A stretch of DNA of 13,165 nt from an archaeon (GCA_024399195.1 JAKSHW010000051.1:1-13165); one strand, 5' to 3'; counted from the first letter of the stretch, positions 1 through 6,440 are shown. A program made the numbers and translations. The notes: generated from the sequence alone by a model not told the origin.

Positions 1-70
1 TAAAGTAGGTGACAGTCTCGAATACCACAGTAATGTCCATATTCTGATTTTAAACTGATTCGGTAACCGG

Positions 71-96
71 CCAGGACCTCCCCACAGAGGTCCTGG
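71..96. other. GC-rich perfect hairpin (10-bp stem ccaggacctc / gaggtcctgg, 6-nt loop) in the non-coding stretch downstream of apt
   Basis: The inverted repeat is read directly from the sequence. Neither strand has a U-tract immediately 3' of it. A T-rich tract (ctgattttaaa, 45-56) lies just upstream on the plus strand. Confidence 0.5.
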
Positions 97-226
97 CGGT
101 CATCAAAGAAAGAATGACTTTACAGGGACTATTCCCATATTTTTCATCAATTTAGCCCGTATGATCTGTACGGATTGTACCGGAGCCATTAGGACTAAAT
201 TTCGGACTAGTCGGTAAAGGGGATGT

Positions 227-766
227 TTACTTGTCAGGATAACTGAGAAGGCTCTCTACAGAGTAATCCTTCAGAATCGTGTTCTTGGCATCGAATCCGG
301 CAAGTTCAAGGACGAACCCGATCTTCACAACGGTTCCACCAAGTTTCTCGATCATTTTGATGATGGCAAGGGTGGTTCCACCTGTAGCTACGAGGTCATC
401 GATGATAGCGACCTTCATTCCAGGTTTGATAGAATCCTTGTGCATTTCGAGGGTTGCGGTGCCGTATTCGAGTGCATATGATTCGGAGATGGTCTCTCTG
501 GGAAGTTTTCCTTTCTTCCTTGCAAGGACGAATCCCTTTCCTAGTTTGTATGCCACAGGGGTTCCGAAGATGAATCCTCTGGATTCGCTTCCGACGATCG
601 CATCCACTTCGATACCGTCAAGCATTTTCGCAAGTCCATCGATGGCCATCTTGAATCCTTCGGGATCCTGTATGATCGTGGTGATATCTCTGAACATTAT
701 CCCGGGTTTAGGGAAATCGGGGATGGTGGTGACATAGTCCTCGAGGGTCTTTCCGCTCATATCCAA
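227..766 (-). CDS. apt: adenine phosphoribosyltransferase, 179 aa
   Basis: Translation (MDMSGKTLEDYVTTIPDFPKPGIMFRDITTIIQDPEGF...VAIIDDLVATGGTTLAII...) carries the PRTase type I PRPP-binding motif (VAIIDDLVATGGT). Length and motif order match bacterial-type Apt. An SD-like GAGAGGT lies about 10 nt upstream. Coordinates include the stop codon (TAA = tta at 227-229). Confidence 0.9.
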   Translation of the reverse strand: MDMSGKTLEDYVTTIPDFPKPGIMFRDITTIIQDPEGFKMAIDGLAKMLDGIEVDAIVGSESRGFIFGTPVAYKLGKGFVLARKKGKLPRETISESYALEYGTATLEMHKDSIKPGMKVAIIDDLVATGGTTLAIIKMIEKLGGTVVKIGFVLELAGFDAKNTILKDYSVESLLSYPDK

Positions 767-805
767 TCAACCTCTCATATGCTCTTTAATGTTGTGCCAG
801 TGCAC

Positions 806-828
806 CCTACACTTATTGTGTGTGTAGG
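806..828 (-). other. short hairpin (cctacac / gtgtagg, 9-nt loop) in the suhB-apt spacer, abutting the suhB stop
   Basis: The inverted repeat is read directly. No flanking oligo-T is present, so a terminator role is not supported. Confidence 0.3.
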
Positions 829-1635
829 TCAGTATTTGAGTCCGAGGTTGGGATATCTTCTGATTTCGTCCACGACAATGGTCTTCAGGAAGTCCATATT
901 GGTCTCGGTGTTGGTGACGATCACAGTACATGGTTCCTTGAGATCAAGATCCCCTACGGAGGATGAGGTGAACCCTCCTGCCTCTTTTACGATACGTGAT
1001 GCGGCTGCATAGTCCCAGGGAGACAGTCTGATCTCGAACAGCATGTCGCTGGACCCTTTTGCAAGCAGACACATCTCGTAGGCGGCGGTGCCGATCCTTC
1101 TGAGGTCCTCACAGACATAGTAGAGTCTTTGGCTTACTGAAAAACACAAGGGGGCCTTCTTTTTATCATAGGTGGACCAGGCAAGGGACACCAATGCGTT
1201 CTGTTTCTTCCTGGAGGATACGTGGATGGGTTTTCCGTTGAGGAATGCTCCGTTCCCTATTGTTGCATGGAACGTTTCGCGGGTATAGGGGTTGTGTACC
1301 ACGCCTAGGACGACAGTGTCTTTTTCTGCAAGTGCGATCGAAACGACGCTTGCTGGGATCCCGCGTGCATAGTTGGTTGTCCCGTCTATCGGGTCGACGA
1401 TCCAATATTGGCAATCATCGGTTATCTCTGGGATATCCCCCTCTTCTCCCATGAAAAGGGAACCGGGGATCAGTGAGGTGAGTTTTTCGCGGAGGAACTT
1501 CTCGATCTTGATGTCCGTCGATGTGACATAGTTGTCTTTGGTCCCTTTCGTGTCGATTGTCACATCGTTTTCGGAGGTCATCATCCTCCCTGCTTCTTCG
1601 GCAAGCGCGATAACCTTCTCCAGAAGTTCTTGCAT
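829..1635 (-). CDS. suhB: inositol monophosphatase family protein (SuhB / IMPase-FBPase-like), 268 aa
   Basis: Has the IMPase-family metal-binding motifs (EEGD..., WIVDPIDGTTNYARGIP, later WDYAAASRIV). Length is typical of SuhB and archaeal IMPase/FBPase. An SD-like CAGGGGT precedes the ATG. Coordinates include the stop. Confidence 0.85.
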   Translation of the reverse strand: MQELLEKVIALAEEAGRMMTSENDVTIDTKGTKDNYVTSTDIKIEKFLREKLTSLIPGSLFMGEEGDIPEITDDCQYWIVDPIDGTTNYARGIPASVVSIALAEKDTVVLGVVHNPYTRETFHATIGNGAFLNGKPIHVSSRKKQNALVSLAWSTYDKKKAPLCFSVSQRLYYVCEDLRRIGTAAYEMCLLAKGSSDMLFEIRLSPWDYAAASRIVKEAGGFTSSSVGDLDLKEPCTVIVTNTETNMDFLKTIVVDEIRRYPNLGLKY

Positions 1636-1657
1636 ACCCCTGAATCGATGTTTACAT

Positions 1658-1664
1658 CTTTAAC
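1658..1664 (-). promoter_or_regulatory. TATA-like TTAAAGA ending ~22 nt upstream of the suhB ATG (leaderless geometry)
   Basis: The same TCTTTAA (plus-strand) heptamer recurs at 784-790 upstream of apt. Spacing to the ATG matches that of the glnN element. Confidence 0.3.
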
Positions 1665-1700
1665 TACAATGTACAAAGTATGTAGAATAAATCCAACCTA

Positions 1701-1712
1701 ACCTGTACAGGT
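1701..1712. promoter_or_regulatory. 12-bp perfect palindrome ACCTGTACAGGT (14/16 over TAACCTGTACAGGTCA) between the end of the five-gene cluster and the suhB start
   Basis: It is its own reverse complement. It lies ~17 nt downstream of the SPFH-gene stop and ~66 nt upstream of the suhB ATG. The uninterrupted symmetry suggests a dimeric protein-binding site rather than an RNA hairpin. Confidence 0.4.
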
Positions 1713-1728
1713 CAGGCTGGAAATAGGT

Positions 1729-2967
1729 TTACTGGAGTTCTTCAGAACAATAGGGGCAGAACTTGGGGGTCTTTTTCAGACCGCTGAGGTCCTGTCCGCA
1801 GTAGGGGCAGTTCTTGAACATGGTGTTTCCACCTGCGGCAGGTGCTCCCTGTGCAGGCTGGGGGCCGCCCATGGGTGCTCCGGGCTGGGGCTGTCCATAT
1901 CCCATCGGCTGTTGCTGGTACATTCCCTGCTGGGGCTGCTGACCATAGCCCATGGGCTGCTGGTACATTCCCTGCTGAGGCTGTCCGTATCCCATAGGTG
2001 CTCCGCCCTGCTGCTGCATGGGGGAAGGCCTTCCGCAGTTTCCACAGAACTTGTAGGGATATTCGTTGAGTGCACCACAGCTGGGGCACATGACCTTCTG
2101 GGCCTGGGGCTGTTGTGCCTGCATCTGCTGCTGTTGTCCCATGACCCCGTTGACAGGCTGCTGGTTGAGCTGCTGGTACATCTGGGGGAACAGGAGCATT
2201 CCTGCACCCATCGCTGCACCGCCCTGGGAGTTTCCGATGGCGTCTGCCATTCTGTCCATGACCTCATACCTCTTGAAGGCCTCACCGTTCGCACTGCTGA
2301 ACTGGAGGTACTGGAACACTTTCTCTTTCTCTTCCTCGGTGGTGGAGACCTCGTTGATCTTCAAGGAGAGGAGTTCGATACCCCTCTGCTGGAAGTAGGG
2401 GTCCACGAGGATCTTGGTGGAGGTAGATGCGAGCTCGAGGTTGTTGAGCACTTCCATGTAGTACTGCTGGGAGAGCTGTTGGGTGATCTGCTCGTTGATG
2501 AAGCTCTTCATGAAGGCATTGACGTTTCCGGTGCTGAAGCTCTTCATTCCTCCGAGGACCTGGGTGTAGAAGACGGAGGTGTCCTGGATACGGAACTGGT
2601 ACTCTCCGTTCGCCATGAGGGTGATGGGGACCTCGTACCCTTTGGCCGCCTTGATCATTCCTCTGATGCCCCACTTTCCGTTGAACATCTTCAACGAGAT
2701 GAAGACGATCCATACCTTGAAGGGGGTGTCCTTGTAACCGAGGAGTTTGTTGTAGAGGGAGGTGAGCCAGGGGATGTTGTTGCTGGAGATGGTGTGTCTT
2801 CCGGGTTCGAGGACCCCCTGGAGCTGACCGTCCTTGATGAAGAGGGCGACAGCGTGCTCGGGGACGGTGACGGAGGTCACTGTCCTGAGGTCGTCGTCAG
2901 GGGATACGTAGATTATATCGTCGGGGCCCTGGTTTGCCCAGAACACAACATTGGTTTTGTCTGCCAT
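1729..2967 (-). CDS. SPFH/Band-7 family protein (Band_7_1 / B. subtilis YdjI-like) with a C-terminal Q/G/Y/M/P-rich low-complexity region and two Cys4 zinc ribbons, 412 aa
   Basis: The N-terminal ~245 aa (nt 2233-2967) look like the soluble SPFH 'virion-core-like' family (…FIKDGQLQGVLEPGRHTISSNNIPWLTSLYNKL…WIVFISLKMFNGKWG…). aa 246-292 are Q-rich. aa 294-311 are CPSCG…CGNCG. aa 316-378 are PMGYGQPQQGMYQQ repeats. aa 387-407 are CPYCG…CPYCS. Only 5 nt separate it from the upstream gene (translational coupling). Confidence 0.85.
   Translation of the reverse strand: MADKTNVVFWANQGPDDIIYVSPDDDLRTVTSVTVPEHAVALFIKDGQLQGVLEPGRHTISSNNIPWLTSLYNKLLGYKDTPFKVWIVFISLKMFNGKWGIRGMIKAAKGYEVPITLMANGEYQFRIQDTSVFYTQVLGGMKSFSTGNVNAFMKSFINEQITQQLSQQYYMEVLNNLELASTSTKILVDPYFQQRGIELLSLKINEVSTTEEEKEKVFQYLQFSSANGEAFKRYEVMDRMADAIGNSQGGAAMGAGMLLFPQMYQQLNQQPVNGVMGQQQQMQAQQPQAQKVMCPSCGALNEYPYKFCGNCGRPSPMQQQGGAPMGYGQPQQGMYQQPMGYGQQPQQGMYQQQPMGYGQPQPGAPMGGPQPAQGAPAAGGNTMFKNCPYCGQDLSGLKKTPKFCPYCSEELQ
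1884..2022 (-). repeat. imperfect tandem ~45-nt repeats (about 3 copies) inside the SPFH gene, encoding oligopeptide repeats PMGYGQ(Q)PQQGMYQQ(Q)
   Basis: The plus strand shows repeated cccat(c/g)ggctg…tggtacattccctgctg(g/a)ggctg units. On the minus strand they encode MGYGQPQQGMYQQP, MGYGQQPQQGMYQQQP and MGYGQPQPGAPMGG. Confidence 0.7.
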
Positions 2968-2972
2968 TTATT

Positions 2973-3509
2973 TCACTGCTCCACAAGTCCTTTCATGACG
3001 TTGTCTCTCTGGCGGTATGCATCGATGAGGATGTCCACAGACCTTTCGACGTTCCTGAGGTCGGATTTGATGTCGTTCCCATCGTCCGCGTTGTTCATAA
3101 GGGTCTCGGTCGCCTCTTTGAGCATCTCCACACCGTCAATCAGCTGTGCGTCCCAGCTCACGAGGTCGTCCAGCTGGCTCTCAAGTATTTTCATGGAGTC
3201 GCCGAACCCGCTGTATCCTGCGACACCTTTCTTGACGTCGCTGTAGTAACGGTCGACCTTGCTCCTGACCCTTTCCATGTCCCTCATTGCCTGAAGGTCG
3301 CCCACGGTGGCCCTTGCGGCATTGGACAGGTCGGTCTTAGCTCCTCCGATCACTTTGGCGACGACGTCCCTGATGGCCCTGTCCTCGTCCCTGCGGAGGT
3401 TCTTCTGCTTGTATCCCCTGTAGAAGGGGATGTACATCTTGATCTTCTCGCCGAGACTCATTCTTCCTGCTATCGCCGCCTCGGCGCTGTTCTCGAGATT
3501 GTTAGTCAT
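2973..3509 (-). CDS. hypothetical coiled-coil protein, 178 aa, with a basic N-terminal half and an acidic C-terminal half
   Basis: The ORF lies 9 nt downstream of the preceding gene and 5 nt upstream of the SPFH gene, on the same strand. The sequence is predominantly helical and charged (…RDEDRAIRDVVAKVIGGAKTDLSNAARATVGDLQAMRDMERVRSKVDRYY… then …LESQLDDLVSWDAQLIDGVEMLKEATETLMNNADDGNDIKSDL…). The start is ambiguous: ATG at 3509 (weak SD) or the in-frame ATG at 3461 preceded by AGGAAG. Confidence 0.7.
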   Translation of the reverse strand: MTNNLENSAEAAIAGRMSLGEKIKMYIPFYRGYKQKNLRRDEDRAIRDVVAKVIGGAKTDLSNAARATVGDLQAMRDMERVRSKVDRYYSDVKKGVAGYSGFGDSMKILESQLDDLVSWDAQLIDGVEMLKEATETLMNNADDGNDIKSDLRNVERSVDILIDAYRQRDNVMKGLVEQ

Positions 3510-3518
3510 TTCAACAAC

Positions 3519-3899
3519 TCAGTATTTCGATTTCTTGCTGTTCGTAAGTCCTGCACAGAGTCCGATGAGGGCGATTCCGATGAGGAACACCGCTACATAG
3601 ACGAACCAGTCCACACTGAAGGAGTAGAGGACGGCGACGATTCCCACTAGTACGAGGATCGCACCGAACACCATACGGTACATGCTTTCGGAAGGTCCGA
3701 ACTTGTCGGGGGTCTTGCTGTAGGTCAGGGATACCACAATCATCGCGGCACCGAAGATAAGCAGGAAAGCCCCTACGGTTGCACCGACGCCGAGGTCGGT
3801 GAGACCATAGATGAGGACCGCGGCCGCGATAGAGATCAGCAGTGCCGCCAGCATGAAGACCTGGCTGGTCCTGTATTTGTTTCCACTGTTGGTTGACAT
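3519..3899 (-). CDS. small integral membrane protein, 4 predicted TM helices, 126 aa
   Basis: There are four ~20-aa hydrophobic stretches (VFMLAALLISIAAAVLIYGL; VGATVGAFLLIFGAAMIVVSL; MVFGAILVLVGIVAVLYSF; WFVYVAVFLIGIALIGLCAGL). A strong SD AAGAGG lies 8 nt upstream. Short gaps separate it from its neighbours. Confidence 0.75.
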   Translation of the reverse strand: MSTNSGNKYRTSQVFMLAALLISIAAAVLIYGLTDLGVGATVGAFLLIFGAAMIVVSLTYSKTPDKFGPSESMYRMVFGAILVLVGIVAVLYSFSVDWFVYVAVFLIGIALIGLCAGLTNSKKSKY

Positions 3900-3927
3900 G
3901 TCTTTGCCTCTTTATGTTGGAATTGTT

Positions 3928-5475
3928 TTAGAGTAAGATGAGGTTTTCCAGATTGGTCTTCGGGATGCAGTCAGGCAACAGGTTCTTGAAGTCGCCGTTG
4001 GGGGTCAGACTGTTCCCGGATCTGGTGAACGGAACGTAGATGAGGCCTCTGATCTCGGGGTTGACGAGTTTCAGTTTGTTGTCACTGGAACTTATCACCT
4101 GCAGGTAGTTCTCCGCCTGGCGTTCGGCCTCCCTCTTGGTACTGAGGGGGACGATGATGGCCCTTCCACTGATACCGTTCTGTGCCACCGATTTGCAGAT
4201 GCTGTCCACCGGTCCGCTGCTGGTGATCTTGCTTTCGTTTCCGGTGAGTCCTGCGAGGAATCCGTTTCCGCCGTTGGCCTTGAAGACATCGGTGACGGAT
4301 TGCTGGGGGTTGGAGAGGCTCTGTGCGTCTATGACGAAGTTCGCGGAGATCAGGATGGAGTCCTGGACCTCCACGGTGCGTTTCTTCCACATGGTACCAG
4401 TCTGGAAACTGTATCTGAGCTCCACGTCCCAGAATGGCACGAGGACATCTCCGGACCCTGCGGCGATCGCCACGGTGCCTTCTCCGGATTTGGCCTTTAT
4501 GCATGCGGACAGGTTGGAGAGGATCTCCCCGTTCCTGTTCTTATCGTTGAGCATGAACGCCCAGTTACCCTGTGCGGGATAGTGGTAACCGAAGATTTTC
4601 CTGACTGCATCGAATACTTCCCTGGACCCTCCGAGGCTGTTGACGTAGGATGTGAGCTCGATGAGGGACTCGGAGATGACGAGCTCCTGTTTCACGGCCT
4701 GTCCCATGACAGCCACCTTGAGGTTGCCCATAAGTTTGGAGGAGGCCTCCTTGAGCTTTGCATTACCCTGTTGGAACAGGTTGTATGCGGTGGGCACGTC
4801 CCCGTTCATCAGGCTCTCGCCACCCTGGCAGAGAAGTGCCAGTCCTGCAAAGCGGAGAGCCGCAGGCTCGTATCCGGCGGCCCTGGAGAAGTCGTCGGAC
4901 GCCGTCACGAAGTTGTTCATCATGAGGATGAACCTTCCGGGTTTGTCCTCTCCCATCAGGGTGATGTTGTTGATGAGCATCGCATACGCATCGGAAACGT
5001 ACATGGCCTCGGAGAGGATGGTGTTGCTTTCCTGGCTCATCGCGAGAGGGGATACCTCTTTCATTTTGGCACCGAACTCGAACACGGCGGAAGGGGTGTG
5101 GTTGGCCTTCACACTGTGGTCGGTGCTGAACGGCATGACCATCATGCAGTGGGACAGGACGGATATGAGTCCGAACTTGAGCTGGGAGAACTCCTGGTCG
5201 ATCCTGGGTTTGATGTTGGTCATGAAGATGTTGTGCCTTGCGACACTGTCGACGCTCTGTGAGGCCGCCATGGACATTCCTCCGGGGACGGCTTTGTTGA
5301 TCCAGGAACGGACCTGTCCCATGAGCTGGTCGAGGTAGGCCTGGGCATCGAGCTTCTGCTGGGTGGTACCGCAGCTGGAGCAGGTGACGTAGGGGGAGTC
5401 TTCTTTGAGGTCTTCCGCATCGAGAGGTGCACCGCAGTATTTGCACCTGAGTGCGGTCATCGTTTCCAATCCCAT
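3928..5475 (-). CDS. hypothetical protein with an N-terminal Cys4 zinc ribbon (CKYCG…CSSCG, nt ~5371-5445) and a large domain of unknown family, 515 aa
   Basis: It is a long ORF with GC3-biased codon usage like its neighbours. An SD GAGGAA lies 7 nt upstream. The ATG sits 1 nt after the stop of the upstream gene. The C-terminal half is G/S/T/N/V-rich and probably beta-rich. I could recognise no catalytic motif. Confidence 0.8.
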   Translation of the reverse strand: MGLETMTALRCKYCGAPLDAEDLKEDSPYVTCSSCGTTQQKLDAQAYLDQLMGQVRSWINKAVPGGMSMAASQSVDSVARHNIFMTNIKPRIDQEFSQLKFGLISVLSHCMMVMPFSTDHSVKANHTPSAVFEFGAKMKEVSPLAMSQESNTILSEAMYVSDAYAMLINNITLMGEDKPGRFILMMNNFVTASDDFSRAAGYEPAALRFAGLALLCQGGESLMNGDVPTAYNLFQQGNAKLKEASSKLMGNLKVAVMGQAVKQELVISESLIELTSYVNSLGGSREVFDAVRKIFGYHYPAQGNWAFMLNDKNRNGEILSNLSACIKAKSGEGTVAIAAGSGDVLVPFWDVELRYSFQTGTMWKKRTVEVQDSILISANFVIDAQSLSNPQQSVTDVFKANGGNGFLAGLTGNESKITSSGPVDSICKSVAQNGISGRAIIVPLSTKREAERQAENYLQVISSSDNKLKLVNPEIRGLIYVPFTRSGNSLTPNGDFKNLLPDCIPKTNLENLILL

Positions 5476-5476
5476 T

Positions 5477-6397
5477 TCAATTCCTCATGTTCGCTATGCG
5501 CCTTACGGATTCGATCTCTGCCCTGAGCTCCCTCTCGGTGGCCCTGAGCTGTCTGATGGATTCGTCGTAGTATGCGCGGGAAATGTCATCGGACCTGTTG
5601 GAGATGGCGGTGTAGCAGGGTACGCAGACATACACGGAGTTGCAGTCGTCCGAGATGGGTTTGATGATATCGTTCTCGGTACTGGTCCTGAACACGGGAT
5701 TGATAGTGCTCCTCATGGCCATGAAGTGGATTCCTTCCCCGTTGACCGGTCTTCCGCAGATCCAGCATTTCGCGGACCTTGCGTATTTGTTCATGAGGTC
5801 CAGGTCGTCCTCACCGGAATCACCGACCTGTCTGCGGAAGTTGTACGCCATCTGCATGTATTCGGAACCCTGTTTGGGATCTTCGGCGACTACTCCCTTT
5901 CCCATGATCTCGTAAGCCTGAGCCTGGAGGATAAGGGATTCCCTGGACGCGGTAGACATGGTGTTCCCTTTGAATGCCTCGTCGAATTTGAGGGGGGCGT
6001 CACCGAGCATTGCGAACTGCATTGCGACATTGATGTAGGCCTGTCCCTTCTCCATGTAGTTGCGGTCGTCCATGCCTGCGGCCTTGATCTCCTGGATGAG
6101 GAGTTCGCACTCGGTCTTGAGGGCTTCGGTATCGATCTCGGTGAGTCCGAATTTGAAATTGGAAGCGCCGCAGTTAGCGAGCTTTCCGTTGAGGGCGGCA
6201 TATCTGTTGGCATCGCCTCTGTTCTCTCCGACCTCGATGAACGCTATGTACATCTCGGCCATTTTCTCTTTGCCGTCGCATCCTTTCTTTAGAGCGGCTT
6301 CCAGATTTTTCTTGGCTTTGGAATACTCTTTTCTGCCGATCTGGTCGATCGCATCAGTGTAGAGTTTGGATCCTTCTTTGAAGAATGATAATACCAT
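5477..6397 (-). CDS. hypothetical protein with an N-terminal helical-repeat (TPR/MIT-like?) region, an internal Cys4 motif (CWICG…CVPC, nt ~5615-5767) and a C-terminal coiled coil, 306 aa
   Basis: It is the first gene of the minus-strand cluster. An SD AAAGGTG precedes the ATG and a TATA-like ATTTTAAAAG lies about 39 nt upstream. The N-terminal region has amphipathic-helix repeats (KLYTDAIDQIGRKEYSKAKKNLEAALKKG…). The C-terminus reads YYDESIRQLRATERELRAEIESVRRIANMRN. Confidence 0.8.
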   Translation of the reverse strand: MVLSFFKEGSKLYTDAIDQIGRKEYSKAKKNLEAALKKGCDGKEKMAEMYIAFIEVGENRGDANRYAALNGKLANCGASNFKFGLTEIDTEALKTECELLIQEIKAAGMDDRNYMEKGQAYINVAMQFAMLGDAPLKFDEAFKGNTMSTASRESLILQAQAYEIMGKGVVAEDPKQGSEYMQMAYNFRRQVGDSGEDDLDLMNKYARSAKCWICGRPVNGEGIHFMAMRSTINPVFRTSTENDIIKPISDDCNSVYVCVPCYTAISNRSDDISRAYYDESIRQLRATERELRAEIESVRRIANMRN

Positions 6398-6432
6398 GGT
6401 GCACCTTTGTTTTTCATATGTTTTTACAGGCT

Positions 6433-6440
6433 TTTAAAAT
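6433..6440 (-). promoter_or_regulatory. TATA-like element (ATTTTAAAAG on the minus strand) for the five-gene cluster
   Basis: It is centred ~39 nt upstream of the ATG at 6397. That would give a short 5' UTR carrying the SD AAAGGTG. Confidence 0.4.

Noticed and set aside
1912-3246. 444-aa plus-strand ORF antisense to the SPFH and coiled-coil genes
   Set aside because: It is a shadow ORF. Its product is an L/H/G/V-rich nonsense composition with no start signal. The opposite-strand genes carry recognisable domains and operon coupling.
2973-3509. Calling the 178-aa coiled-coil protein PspA outright
   Set aside because: I see no direct sequence similarity to E. coli PspA or cyanobacterial Vipp1 (for example the N-terminal amphipathic helix and conserved helix α1 motifs). 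Only the charge polarity and the context fit, so it is kept as a hypothesis in the findings, not as a feature call.
4300-6292. Plus-strand ORFs of 320, 228 and 295 aa overlapping the cluster genes
   Set aside because: They are antisense shadow ORFs with G/D/V/H/L-rich composition and no SD or promoter. They are incompatible with the tightly coupled minus-strand operon.
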